DNA of 64,000 nt from a candidate division FCPU426 bacterium. Its GTDB lineage: Bacteria; Oederibacteriota; PGYV01; Palsa-1178. The DNA lies in contig CAWIXE010000001.1 of assembly GCA_963840035.1 (NCBI GenBank), forward strand, positions 704,001 to 768,000, read 5' to 3'. Position numbers and translations under genes: made by a program. Below, one piece after another: positions 1 to 9,915 of the stretch. Below the pieces are notes generated by a model. The model did not search any database and had not been told where the DNA came from. It worked only from the letters and a program-made list of their open reading frames with translations. Numbering within the stretch: the stretch's first letter is position 1; the number at the start of each line of letters is the position of its first letter.

Positions 1-2
1 AG

Positions 3-926
3 ATAAAAAACAGGGTCGGCAATGAGCGCGTACTCTGCGCGGTGTCAGGCGGCGTTGACTCGACTGTCGCCTCGGTTTTGATAAGCAAGGCAATCGGCGA
101 TAAATTGACCTGCGTTTTTGTGGACAACGGCCTTCTGCGCCTGGATGAAGACAGGAAAGTCATGGAGATGTTTAAAAAGCTCGGCATAAAAGTAACACTA
201 ATAAAGGCCGCAGAGGCTTTTTTAACGCGGCTTAAGGGCGTGTCTGACCCTGAGAAAAAAAGGAAGATAATCGGCAATTATTTCATAGACGTATTTGAAA
301 AGCACACGAAGAAGCTCAAGGCAAAGCTCGGAAGGTTCGAGTTTTTGGCGCAGGGCACGCTTTATCCGGACTTGATTGAAAGCGTCTCGGTTAAAGGCCC
401 GTCAGCCATGATAAAGTCGCACCATAACGTGGGCGGGCTTCCGGAAAAAATGGAAATGAAACTCGTGGAGCCGCTGCGCTACCTGTTTAAAGACGAGGTA
501 AGGGAGATAGGAAAAAAATTGGGCATAGCGCAGGACATACTCTGGCGCCAGCCGTTCCCCGGCCCCGGGCTTGCGGTCAGGATACTTGGCGATGTCACAA
601 AAGAAAGAACGACCATATTAAAGAAGGCTGACAACATAATAGTCGAAGAGATAAAAAAGGCCGGGCTGTATTTCAAGATATGGCAGTCCTTCGGTGTGCT
701 CCTGCCGGTTAAGACAGTGGGCGTCATGGGCGATTTGCGCACGTATGAAAATGTCATAGCGCTGCGCGCCGTGGATTCCAAGGACGGCATGACAGCCGAA
801 TGGGTGAAGCTTCCTTATGACGTATTGAACAATATTTCCTCGAGGGTAATTAACGAGGTTAAGGGTGTTAACAGGGTGGTGTATGACATAAGCAACAAAC
901 CGCCGGCAACGATAGAGTGGGAATAG
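3..926 (+). CDS. guaA: GMP synthase, C-terminal part (runs off left edge)
   Basis: SGGVDS PP-loop, [23 protein letters not shown], terminal KPPATIEWE; frame open to window start. Confidence 0.97.
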   Translation: MKNRVGNERVLCAVSGGVDSTVASVLISKAIGDKLTCVFVDNGLLRLDEDRKVMEMFKKLGIKVTLIKAAEAFLTRLKGVSDPEKKRKIIGNYFIDVFEKHTKKLKAKLGRFEFLAQGTLYPDLIESVSVKGPSAMIKSHHNVGGLPEKMEMKLVEPLRYLFKDEVREIGKKLGIAQDILWRQPFPGPGLAVRILGDVTKERTTILKKADNIIVEEIKKAGLYFKIWQSFGVLLPVKTVGVMGDLRTYENVIALRAVDSKDGMTAEWVKLPYDVLNNISSRVINEVKGVNRVVYDISNKPPATIEWE

Positions 927-930
927 ATTC

Positions 931-1046
931 ATTTTAAATTTTAAATTTTATATTTTAGATTTATGGTTAGCGCTGCGCGCTTTTTATCATAATTAAGTGC
1001 AAAAGCACACCTTAAATCTAAAATTTAAAATCTAAAATATAAAATT
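931..1046. repeat. Inverted pair of AT-rich heptamer arrays (ATTTTAR-like, then TAAAATY-like)
   Basis: 931-963 is the reverse complement of 1013-1045 with about 3 mismatches. Confidence 0.8.
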
Positions 1047-1064
1047 ATGAGGGTGGTATAAGGG

Positions 1065-3080
1065 ATGATAAGTTTCGGCCGTCACATTTGCAATGACTTT
1101 AACATTGCGATAGAGAAGGAGTGGATAATAACCAACAAAAAGGGAAGCTTTGCTTCCTCCACTATCCTTATGGCCAATACCCGCAAACACCACGGACTGC
1201 TTGTGGCCAAGTTTCCCGGCATAGACAACAGGATAGTGGTATTCCCCAACTGCGACGAAGATGTGGAAATAGCAGGACACATCTACAACATATCCACTCA
1301 TAAATACCGCGAGACAGTATATCCAAAGGGTTTCGCCCACCTGGAGAACTTCGGGTTAAAAGACGACATCATAACCATGCTTTTCCTCATAGACAATGTC
1401 CGCCTTAAAAAAGAAATATTCCTCATGAAGGATTCCAATACCACGGTGATAACATATACCGTGCTGACGCCGAATTCATTCGCAAAGCTCCATGTAAAGC
1501 CTTTCATCGCCTTCAGGGAAGCTGAAAACCTCATAAGGGAAATGCCGATATTTGACGCAAATGTAACCGTGGAGAGCCCCGATAAAATAAAACTTCAGCC
1601 ATACATGAACATACCGCCGGCTTATATTTACAACCCTGACGGCGCTGAGTTCAAGCAGGAAGGCGTATGGTACAGGGACTTTTATTATCTGCGGGAGGGC
1701 CAGTCCGGTTTTGAATCCACGGAGGACCTTTATAACCTGGGTATATTTACCCTGGACATTGAGTATAACAGCCCAAAATCAATAGTGTTTTCAACGGAGA
1801 ATCTTACCGGAGTCAGCAGGGAAGGGCTCTGGAAACAATACAGGGCGCAGATAAAGAAGGTAAAGGACCTCTGCAAAGAAACAGGGTCATGCGTAAAAGA
1901 TGACGATTACAGGATGAATGTGCAGCAGCTTTTAGCCGCGGCGGAATCATTCGCCATAGAAGATAATGACGGGGTTCCCATGGTCGTGGCCGGATATCCG
2001 TGGCCGCATTACATATGGTTCAGGGACGCCTTTGCGGCGCTGCCCGGGCTCTTCCTTGTGACGGGAAAATACGCGGACGCCAAGCGCCTGCTTGCCGAAT
2101 CCATAAAGTTCGAGAAAAACGGGCTGCTGCCCCTTAACATGACCATAAATAAGAACGACATAAAATACGCCTCAGCGGATACCACGCTGTGGTTTTTCTT
2201 CGCGCTGTATAAGTATCTGGTATACACAAAGGATTTCTCCCTTGTCGACAAAGGCGGCGAATTTTTCAAAAGGCTAACTTGGATCATACAAAAGCACGTC
2301 GAGGGCACTGATTTTAACATACACATGGCGGACGATTCCCTGCTGTACGCGGGTTATCCCGGGCTTCAGCTGACGTGGATGGACACCAAGGTCGGAGCCA
2401 CAGCCAGGCAGGGCAAGGCCGTGGAAATAAACGCGCTTTGGTATAACGCGATAAAGATCATGGAATTTATATGCAAAAATAACAGCGAGCCGCAAATGGC
2501 GGAGTCATACGGCGCCATGGCAAAGAAAGTTTATGACAGCTTCAACGAAAAGTTCTGGGATGAGGAGGCGGGATGCCTTTATGACTGCATTGAAAACGGA
2601 CATAAGGACGCTTCTGTCAGGCCCAACCAGGTGCTGGCAATAAGCCTGCCTTTTATGCTCATTGAGGATGAAAACAAACGCGAGATGATAATGAATACCG
2701 TGATCAAGGAATTATACACGTCATTCGGCTTAAGGACCCTGTCTAACATGAACCCGAATTTCAAGGCACGCTATGACGGAAACCAGGGAGCGCGCGACTC
2801 CGCAGCGCACCAGGGTACTGTGTGGGCGTGGACTACGGGCCATTTTGTGACCGCGTACTTAAAGACATACGGCACGGGCAAGGAATCCATGGATTTCATA
2901 GAAACCGTATATGAACCCATCTTTGAGCACTTAAAAAACGCCGGGCTGGGCACTGTTTCCGAAATGTTTGACGGGAATTTCCCGTATAACGCGCGCGGAA
3001 GGATATCGCACGCGTGGGCCGTGGCAGAACTGCTGCGCTCTTACATCGAAGACTATACAGCGGTAAATGAAAAAGCATAA
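1065..3080 (+). CDS. Glycogen debranching enzyme / amylo-alpha-1,6-glucosidase (GH133-like)
   Basis: N-terminal EWIITNxxGSFAS and TRKHHGLL; AGYPW, LTWMD, GKAVEINALWY, RPNQ, GLRTL, HQGTVWAW, SEMFDG, AWAVAE. Confidence 0.92.
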   Translation: MISFGRHICNDFNIAIEKEWIITNKKGSFASSTILMANTRKHHGLLVAKFPGIDNRIVVFPNCDEDVEIAGHIYNISTHKYRETVYPKGFAHLENFGLKDDIITMLFLIDNVRLKKEIFLMKDSNTTVITYTVLTPNSFAKLHVKPFIAFREAENLIREMPIFDANVTVESPDKIKLQPYMNIPPAYIYNPDGAEFKQEGVWYRDFYYLREGQSGFESTEDLYNLGIFTLDIEYNSPKSIVFSTENLTGVSREGLWKQYRAQIKKVKDLCKETGSCVKDDDYRMNVQQLLAAAESFAIEDNDGVPMVVAGYPWPHYIWFRDAFAALPGLFLVTGKYADAKRLLAESIKFEKNGLLPLNMTINKNDIKYASADTTLWFFFALYKYLVYTKDFSLVDKGGEFFKRLTWIIQKHVEGTDFNIHMADDSLLYAGYPGLQLTWMDTKVGATARQGKAVEINALWYNAIKIMEFICKNNSEPQMAESYGAMAKKVYDSFNEKFWDEEAGCLYDCIENGHKDASVRPNQVLAISLPFMLIEDENKREMIMNTVIKELYTSFGLRTLSNMNPNFKARYDGNQGARDSAAHQGTVWAWTTGHFVTAYLKTYGTGKESMDFIETVYEPIFEHLKNAGLGTVSEMFDGNFPYNARGRISHAWAVAELLRSYIEDYTAVNEKA

Positions 3081-3630
3081 CATACTTGTCATACTGGCAA
3101 GCCCGAGGAAGGGGAGCAACTCCGCCCTCGCCGCGCTGTATTTGGCCGGGATCACAGATTCCAGGCTCCAAATCTCAAACTTAAACACCTTAAATATCCA
3201 CCCGTGCACCGCCTGCGACAAATGCGAAAACACCTTTAAGTGCGTTTTTAATGACGACGCGGGCAAACTCATCAGAAAAATTGAAAAAGCCGATGTTGTC
3301 ATCGTTGCTTCGCCTGTTTATTTTACCGGGGTACCGGGGGTTTTTAAGGTGTTTATAGACAGGAACCAGAGCGTGTGGAATAAACAGAACTCAAAACTTA
3401 AAGCTGAAAATTTAAAACTGAAACAGGGAATAATCATTCTGACCCAGGGCGATAACAAACCAAAATATTTCCGCCCGGCGGAAAGCGAAATACGCTCTTT
3501 TTTCGCGGTCAACGGTATAAAGACAAAAGCCGTACTTAAGTTTACCTCCATGGACAGGCAGAAATCCATACTTTCGGATAAAAAAGCGTTGAAAAAAATA
3601 AAGGCCGCGGCAGGGTTGATACATGGATGA
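3067..3630 (+). CDS. Flavodoxin family / iron-sulfur flavoprotein
   Basis: ASPRKGSNS, CTACDKC...C, DD, SPVYF, KVFIDR. Confidence 0.85.
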   Translation: MKKHNILVILASPRKGSNSALAALYLAGITDSRLQISNLNTLNIHPCTACDKCENTFKCVFNDDAGKLIRKIEKADVVIVASPVYFTGVPGVFKVFIDRNQSVWNKQNSKLKAENLKLKQGIIILTQGDNKPKYFRPAESEIRSFFAVNGIKTKAVLKFTSMDRQKSILSDKKALKKIKAAAGLIHG

Positions 3631-4495
3631 AAGGGAAGAAGCGTTCATAAATTTCATACAGTTTGAAAAAGGGCTGTCTTCAAACACCATAAAGGCGTAC
3701 AAATCAGACCTTAAAATATTTAACCAATTCCTTAAATCCCATGAAATAAGTTCCCCTTCCGAAGACGAGATCCTGGATTTTATATTTGAGCTGAAAAATA
3801 AAAAACACGCGGAACTTTCCATAGCGAGGGCCCTGGTTACAATCAGGAATTTTTATAAATTCATGGTCAGGACAGGGCATATGAAAAAAAGCCCTTTTGA
3901 GGACATGGATTCCTTCAAGACCCACAAGCACATACCCGAAGTACTCACAGGCGCTGACATAGAGCGCATGTCCGCCGCCATAGACCCGGCTAAAAAGGAA
4001 GGTATACGCGACAGGGCCATAATGGAACTTTTGTATTCGGCGGGGCTGCGCGTATCCGAGCTTGTCAGCCTTGAGCTGACTGACATTGACCTGGAGGAGA
4101 AGATACTACGGTGTTTTGGCAAGGGGTCAAAAGAACGGCTGGTGCCGGTGGGCGATTTTGTGGTAGAATCGCTTTCGGAGTACCTGGACATAAGGAAATC
4201 ATTCATAAAGGATTTTTCGCCGCATCTTTTTGTGACAAGGCTCGGGAAAAAGTTTACAAGGGAAGGCATATGGAAGGTTGTAAAGGGTTACGCGAAGAAA
4301 GCCAAAATAACAAAAGACGTTTACCCGCACATATTCAGGCACTCGTTTGCCACGCACCTGCTCGCAGGCGGCGCTGACCTAAGGAGCGTTCAGGAAATGC
4401 TGGGCCACGCGGACATATCCACAACGCAGATTTACACGCACGTGGACAGGACGAGGTTAAAGAAGATACATAAGCAATTTCACCCGCGAGGGTAG
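3623..4495 (+). CDS. xerD: Site-specific tyrosine recombinase XerD
   Basis: EKGLSSNTIKAY, RDRAIMELLYSAGLRVSEL, GKGSKERLVP, HIFRHSFATHLL, LGHADISTTQIYTHV, terminal HPRG. Confidence 0.92.
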   Translation: MDEREEAFINFIQFEKGLSSNTIKAYKSDLKIFNQFLKSHEISSPSEDEILDFIFELKNKKHAELSIARALVTIRNFYKFMVRTGHMKKSPFEDMDSFKTHKHIPEVLTGADIERMSAAIDPAKKEGIRDRAIMELLYSAGLRVSELVSLELTDIDLEEKILRCFGKGSKERLVPVGDFVVESLSEYLDIRKSFIKDFSPHLFVTRLGKKFTREGIWKVVKGYAKKAKITKDVYPHIFRHSFATHLLAGGADLRSVQEMLGHADISTTQIYTHVDRTRLKKIHKQFHPRG

Positions 4496-4543
4496 TGGGT
4501 AGTGGGTGGTGGGTAGTAGGTGGTAGGTGGTGAGTGGTGGTAG
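4490..4543 (+). repeat. G-rich heptamer repeat (GGGTAGT-like) with a G3N4 quadruplex motif over the xerD stop
   Basis: GGG tagt GGG tagt GGG tggt GGG at 4490-4513. Confidence 0.7.
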
Positions 4544-4562
4544 CCGCAGCCTTCAGGCTGCG
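4540..4562 (+). repeat. GTAG-type REP-like hairpin
   Basis: GTAGC CGCAGCC TTCA GGCTGCG; related copy near 36897-36927. Confidence 0.65.
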
Positions 4563-4618
4563 TAAGGAAGGAAGTTAGTTCGGAGGGTGGAGGGTAGAGT
4601 TCGGAGTGGTAGAACTAA

Positions 4619-4905
4619 GAACAACGAACAATAAACAACGAACAACGAACAATGAACAACGAACAACGAACAATGAACAACGAACAATGAACAACGAACA
4701 ACGAACAACGAACAACGAACAACGAACAACGAACAACGAACAACGAACAACGAACAACGAACAACGAACAACGAACAACGAACAACGAACAACGAACAAC
4801 GAACAACGAACAACGAATAACGAACAACGAACAACGAACAACGAACAACGAACAACGAACAACGAACAACGAACAACGAACAACGAACAACGAACAACGA
4901 ACAAC
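4619..4905 (+). repeat. Tandem heptamer array (GAACAAC)x41
   Basis: 287 bp = 41 units, few variants (GAACAAT, AAACAAC, GAATAAC); ends directly at AGGAGGA RBS. Confidence 0.97.
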
Positions 4906-4915
4906 AGGAGGACTT

Positions 4916-5437
4916 ATGAGTAAGAGATTTATAACCATGGTAATTCTCGCAACAATTGTGGGAATTATGGCTGTTTATTTCGCGGGGCTGGGCATAAAGA
5001 ACATCAGTGAGAAAAACTCTCTTCATAAGTTTGAGGCAGTCGTGGAAAAGGTTGTGGACGGGGATACCGTTGTAACCGATGCGGGCGAGAAAGTGCGGTT
5101 TCTTGGCGTTGACACCCCGGAGCTTCACCACCCTGACCGGCCTGAGGAGCCTTTCGCGCAGGAGGCAAAGCAGTATGTTAAGGAAAGGATAGAGGGTAAA
5201 AAATGCGTTTTTGAGTACACCGACCGCGACCACTATGACAAATACGGAAGGACGCTGGCTTTCATATATATTGACGGCGACCTCCTGAACTCGGAACTTG
5301 TGAAAAAAGGGTATGGTTACGCGAGTGTAAGCAAGTTCATATCTAAAACAAAAGAATTCCTTGTGCTTGAAAATATAGCAAAAAAGTTCAGGCTCGGATT
5401 ATGGCAGTATAAAGAAGGAGGACAGAAGAAAAAATGA
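4916..5437 (+). CDS. Thermonuclease (SNase) family protein with N-terminal TM/signal
   Basis: VVDGDT, VRFLGVDTPE, DKYGRTLA, LVKKGY, GLW. Confidence 0.92.
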   Translation: MSKRFITMVILATIVGIMAVYFAGLGIKNISEKNSLHKFEAVVEKVVDGDTVVTDAGEKVRFLGVDTPELHHPDRPEEPFAQEAKQYVKERIEGKKCVFEYTDRDHYDKYGRTLAFIYIDGDLLNSELVKKGYGYASVSKFISKTKEFLVLENIAKKFRLGLWQYKEGGQKKK

Positions 5438-5943
5438 ATGATGATATGAAGCAGCAAGGCGGATTTGCGTTAAAGGCGGTTGTCGTGGTACTTGCCGCCA
5501 TAGTGGTCATGTTTTTCGCGAAGATATGGATAGTGGACCCGCTCATGTCAGCGCATGAGGCAAAGGAAGGGCCTGAAGCCTCGGAAGAGCCGTATGAAAA
5601 AAAGTGGGATGACGCGGCCAGGCAGCCGGAGAAGAACTGGTCAAAGTTCAAGAAAAAGATAGACTGGAAAAACGCCGGGGACTACATAGACCAGTACGTG
5701 GAGGTCGAGGGCACGGTGGTATCCTCGCATAAAACAGAAAAGATATGCTACCTGAACTTTGACAAGGATTATAAAAGGTACATGGCGCTCATCATATTTG
5801 CCGGGTCATTTAAGAAGTTCCCGGACAACCCTGAAAAATATTACATGGGCAAGAAAGTAAAGGTTGAAGGCAGGGTAAAGGAATATAAGGGAAGGCTGGA
5901 AATAGTATTGGGGTCGCCGGAACAGATAAAGTTGCTGGAGTAG
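5434..5943 (+). CDS. Membrane-anchored OB-fold protein
   Basis: TM segment; VEVEGTV..YLNF..F.....YMGKKVKVEGRV.EYKGRLEI OB-fold pattern; ATGA overlap with nuclease gene. Confidence 0.7.
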   Translation: MNDDMKQQGGFALKAVVVVLAAIVVMFFAKIWIVDPLMSAHEAKEGPEASEEPYEKKWDDAARQPEKNWSKFKKKIDWKNAGDYIDQYVEVEGTVVSSHKTEKICYLNFDKDYKRYMALIIFAGSFKKFPDNPEKYYMGKKVKVEGRVKEYKGRLEIVLGSPEQIKLLE

Positions 5944-5988
5944 GGAATAAAATGGAAATTAACAGTCGTTTAAAGATTTATTATGTTT

Positions 5989-6050
5989 CGTAGAGACGCC
6001 ACCCGTGGGCGTCTCAGTGCTGCGAGACGGGCACGGGTCCCGTCTCTACG
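5989..6050. repeat. Paired GTAG-REP hairpins (REPIN/BIME-like)
   Basis: CGTAGAGACG...CGTCTC and GAGACGGG...CCCGTCTCTACG; similar unit at 45541-45605. Confidence 0.8.
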
Positions 6051-6111
6051 GGGGTTTTTACAAGAATGTATTTATGGGTTTAAAACATTATAGATTAATC
6101 AGGAGGAAAAG

Positions 6112-7104
6112 ATGAAAAAAGTCGGGCTGTTAATCGCGGTATTTTTTGTATTTACAGTTTTTTCCATGGCGGCAGTGGAGACGAAGTTTTACGGGTTCCA
6201 GTGGATAAAATATAATCTGAGCTATACAGGTGCGTCGCAAACATCAAGCACATTTTGCATACCCAGGACTTATTTAAGGTGGAAGATGAAGGACGCGGAA
6301 ATGGGATGGGAAGGGAACCTCACGCTGGATGTAAATAACGACCAGTACGGGCAGGAAGTAACCACGACCGCCTCCACAGGCAACCTTGACTGGGCCGCGT
6401 TCATAAAGCACGGTTATGTGGTATTAAACAAAATACCGCTTTTATCCGACGCCGGAATTTCACTTAAAGTCGGGTTGCAGCCCACATATTACGGCGTCAT
6501 AGACACATGGTGGTCGCCGCTCATAGAACGCTGCGTGGAGGATATCAGGGGAGTTATTTCAGCCGCTGACCAGGGAATAATAATTGACGGTACCATCCCG
6601 GCGGGATTTGGAAGTTATCAGGCGGGCATATATAACGGGACAGGGTACAGAAAGATGGAAAGTGATTTTGAAAAAATGGCGCTGGCAAGGGTTATAATAA
6701 CGCCGATCAAAGAAGCATATTTACGGGCTTCGTATTTCAGAAATATAACAGGGGGAAAACTTACCGCCTCAACCGATTTTGTGATTGGCGGCGCGGTGGG
6801 GCCGGTTGACGGTTTCGCTGAGTATGTTGTGAAAGCCGGCGATATTACTTCCATAGGGTGGAGCGGGTACTTGAATTACAATATAACCGATCCGCTTTCT
6901 TTCATGATAAGGTATGACAACTGGAAGGCTGATACGAGACAGGCCAACGTCCAGGAACACGTGTATATCGCCGGTATTAATTACAAAATAATGGGTGAGA
7001 ATGTTTTGCTGCAGCTTAATTATCAGATGAATAACCTGAGCCTTGGCAGCGGTGTGAACACATATAAGACACAGTATCTGGCGCAGATAAAGTGGTCGTG
7101 GTAA
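6112..7104 (+). CDS. Outer-membrane porin-like beta-barrel
   Basis: Signal peptide, alternating beta pattern, GIYNGTGY, RYD, C-terminal aromatic QIKWSW. Confidence 0.7.
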   Translation: MKKVGLLIAVFFVFTVFSMAAVETKFYGFQWIKYNLSYTGASQTSSTFCIPRTYLRWKMKDAEMGWEGNLTLDVNNDQYGQEVTTTASTGNLDWAAFIKHGYVVLNKIPLLSDAGISLKVGLQPTYYGVIDTWWSPLIERCVEDIRGVISAADQGIIIDGTIPAGFGSYQAGIYNGTGYRKMESDFEKMALARVIITPIKEAYLRASYFRNITGGKLTASTDFVIGGAVGPVDGFAEYVVKAGDITSIGWSGYLNYNITDPLSFMIRYDNWKADTRQANVQEHVYIAGINYKIMGENVLLQLNYQMNNLSLGSGVNTYKTQYLAQIKWSW

Positions 7105-7147
7105 GGCCATAAGAAAATTAATAATAAGTAAAGAATAATCAGGGCAT

Positions 7148-7186
7148 AAAAGGGCGCGGATAAAACCGCGTCCTTTTGTTTTTTTT
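7148..7186 (+). terminator. Rho-independent terminator
   Basis: AAAGGGCGCGG-loop-CCGCGTCCTTTT followed by T tract. Confidence 0.7.
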
Positions 7187-7272
7187 CCTCTCCCATTTGG
7201 GAGAGGGTAGGGTGAGGGGAATAAGTCACTTGGTTTCACCTCACCCCAGCCCCTCTCCTAAGAGGAGAGGGG
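7174..7272. repeat. Dispersed palindromic repeat (CCTCTCCC..GGGAGAGGGTAGGGTGAGGG..CCTCACCCCAGCCCCTCTC), copy 1
   Basis: Near-identical to 28775-28901. Confidence 0.85.
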
Positions 7273-7430
7273 AAGAAGGGGGTTTAAACCGAAATAGGAA
7301 AAGCATAAGCGAATTTATATAGAATCAGATACATCAACCTCAAGGTTTTGTCCGTTGTGTTTATTTTGAAACAATGATAGATTATATCCCATAAGGGATA
7401 CAAAAACTAAAACCCGCGGAGAAGATTAAT

Positions 7431-8783
7431 ATGGCTTATGGACATTCCGGATCATTCCTGAAACGAATCCTTGCAACAGCTTTAATTCTTGCGATTTTGC
7501 CTTTATCCATATTTGCCGGGGATTTTTATTACGGCGGGCCTGCGCGGCTTCTGTCGCTTGGCGGGCCTGGCGCGGCCATGTTTGATATTTCAAGCGCTGC
7601 CGACGGATACTCAGCGGGTTTTGCTTCCGCCATCTTTGCGCGGCCGGCTGTCAATGTCATCACATTAAACCCGCAGGTCATAGCGCTCGCGCGGGACGGC
7701 GCGCAGTGGCCCGGGACTTTAGTTATGGACTGGAGATATAAAACCGCAAATGTCAGGCTCAGTAATGAGGATGTGGGTATCATTTACCGCTTAGACGAAG
7801 ACACATCCTTTGTTATAAAACCGTATGCTGGTTTTTACGGGAATGACCCTTTTTTCAGCGACCACAGCGCCGGGGGTTTTTACGCCGAGGCAGCCCAGAG
7901 GTTTTTTGGGCGCTTCTGCGCGGCTATAAGCGGCGGGTGGTACAGGTTAAATTATTCCGAGCCTCAGTATTCGAAAAATATGGGATTTTACCAGGTTTCT
8001 TTATCACTGCTTCCCGAGGCAAAGGACGGCTGGGCATATTCCGTATCAGCCGGGAATAAGGGGAAGTCCGCCCTGTATTCGGATTATAAGTTATTGAGAT
8101 TTGACGCGGCCGCTTCCATGAGGTCAGCGGGAGACATTGAAATGCTTTTTAAGATTGGGACAGGGCCGGGTTATTCCGAGGATATCAGGAGGTATGGTTT
8201 TACTTTCACGCAGAGCCAGCCGGTTCAGGCGGACGCAGAGGCTTCCGTAAAAAAAGTTTTTGGGCCAATCACATACGGGCTTAAGCTGAACGCAAAATAC
8301 GGAACATCCATAACAGGGTTAGACAGCGCGGCAGGTGTTATGGTCAGGATAACAGACACTATTGCGTTGCCGTTTGAGGCGGGATACGCGTTTATTAAAA
8401 AGAACCGCGACTACAATAATCAGGGGTACGACCTTTTTTCAGCCTTTTACAAAGTAAGCCTTGGAGCGGAACTGAACATCTCGCCTGAGATGGCGATAAG
8501 GGCCGGAATAAATTGTGACGGGCAGAACGATGAATACACCAATATTGATGAGGAATATGGATTCTTAATCACGGAAACAACCGGGGCAGTTGGAACGAAA
8601 GATAACCCGCTTTTCCTTTCACCGGGACTGAACATAGGCGCGGGGTATAAGGCCGCTAATTTTGAAGTGAACATAGGGGCAAGGTACGCGAGGCATTTTT
8701 GGGCGCCTGAAGACAAATACCACATGGATATGCTCCATTACGGAATTGTGACAATAATAAGCGATTTCAAGTACTATTATTAG
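7431..8783 (+). CDS. Predicted outer-membrane beta-barrel protein (FadL/PorV-like N-terminus)
   Basis: Signal peptide, GGPARLLSLGG, beta-rich, ends FKYYY. Confidence 0.6.
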   Translation: MAYGHSGSFLKRILATALILAILPLSIFAGDFYYGGPARLLSLGGPGAAMFDISSAADGYSAGFASAIFARPAVNVITLNPQVIALARDGAQWPGTLVMDWRYKTANVRLSNEDVGIIYRLDEDTSFVIKPYAGFYGNDPFFSDHSAGGFYAEAAQRFFGRFCAAISGGWYRLNYSEPQYSKNMGFYQVSLSLLPEAKDGWAYSVSAGNKGKSALYSDYKLLRFDAAASMRSAGDIEMLFKIGTGPGYSEDIRRYGFTFTQSQPVQADAEASVKKVFGPITYGLKLNAKYGTSITGLDSAAGVMVRITDTIALPFEAGYAFIKKNRDYNNQGYDLFSAFYKVSLGAELNISPEMAIRAGINCDGQNDEYTNIDEEYGFLITETTGAVGTKDNPLFLSPGLNIGAGYKAANFEVNIGARYARHFWAPEDKYHMDMLHYGIVTIISDFKYYY

Positions 8784-8829
8784 CCGGTTCTTTGAAAACC
8801 ATAAATCAACGATTGCTGTTTTCTAAATA

Positions 8830-9216
8830 CTACATCGCCCTGGTATCCGGATGGATTAGCTTGTTTAACAGCGGTTTTATTTCCATTATCTCGTCAGGCA
8901 TTCTTACATAAGCCGCGGCGCCGAGCTTCACTAGCCTTTCTTTCATTGCGGGGTCATCGTTTTTCCCATATACAATAATGGGAATGCTTATGGTTGTTCC
9001 GCTGCACTTTAGGGCTTTTAATGTATCCTCCCCGCTCATCCCCGGCATGTCCAGGTCCAGTATAATCGCGTCGGGTTGTTCCTTTTGCGCTTTTTCAATC
9101 CCGTCCCTGCCGTCAAAAGAAGAAATCATCTGGTGGTGCTCATTGCCGCCGTGCCTTAAGTAATACCCTATAAGTTTGTGCTGCATGTTAGTGTCGTCGA
9201 TGTATAGAACTTTCAT
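8830..9216 (-). CDS. Single-domain response regulator receiver (atypical)
   Basis: VLYIDD, ILDLDMPGMSG, IPII; conserved Thr/Ser and Lys appear replaced. Confidence 0.85.
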   Translation of the reverse strand: MKVLYIDDTNMQHKLIGYYLRHGGNEHHQMISSFDGRDGIEKAQKEQPDAIILDLDMPGMSGEDTLKALKCSGTTISIPIIVYGKNDDPAMKERLVKLGAAAYVRMPDEIMEIKPLLNKLIHPDTRAM

Positions 9217-9592
9217 AGTGCACCTCCCGTATCACAGGCCCGTATGACGGGCAGAATAAGGGAAAGTACAGGCGCGATAGCGCGGACAACTCAAGTAAAC
9301 AATCGATCAAAGCGGGCGTGTGTTGTTCATGTGCCTATAGGATTTGAATTTTTAGCATTTTAGAATCCAATATCTTTCCCCTATGGTATAAATACATTTA
9401 AATGGCAAAAAAGTCAAATTTTCGTAAATCCATTTTTTAGATAATTTGAAACAGTGACAAAATCCGGATAATCACGGGAACTAATATGCTGTTTTATATC
9501 CTCGTTTTTAATGGCGTTTCATGGTTTAACCATGTTGTCGTAATACGGGTAAAATGAATAAGGCCGGGGCACAATTTCCTCACGTAAAAGGC

Positions 9593-9737
9593 GAGAGGGA
9601 GCAAGCTCCCTCTCTACGAAAAACAAAGACAAAATAAAAACAAAACAAAAACGAGCAAGGGCCATAAATATTTACACCTACTGTAGAAACGCAGATTCCG
9701 ACTTTGCCAAGGCTTCGCCGGACAGGTGCTGCGGCTC
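9593..9737. repeat. Composite REP unit, copy 1
   Basis: GAGAGGGAGCAAGCTCCCTCTCTAC...ATAAATATTTACACC.ACTGTAG...GCTGCGGCTC; paralog at 12451-12577. Confidence 0.85.
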
Positions 9738-9915
9738 AAGTCAGAATGTAAAAAAAGTTTGCTCCCGTTGTTATCAGCATAGAGGCGACAGAATAGACCC
9801 GGAGTCGGTAAACATACAAGCACAACTTCTTGGATATTGACACCAAAGGTCGAATTGGTGTAGAATTAACACGATTTAAGGGGATTTACAATAATTCAAA
9901 TTGTGGGAGGATTTC

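Noticed and set aside
3623..4495. Integron or prophage integrase
   Set aside because: Canonical XerD length and motifs, no IntI insertion, no attC array or phage genes
4619..4905. Possible CRISPR array
   Set aside because: Contiguous 7-mers with no unique spacers and no cas genes
4553..5233. ORFs reading VVRCSLF or TTNNEQR repeats in several frames
   Set aside because: Consequence of a largely stop-free 7-mer array; no RBS or domain
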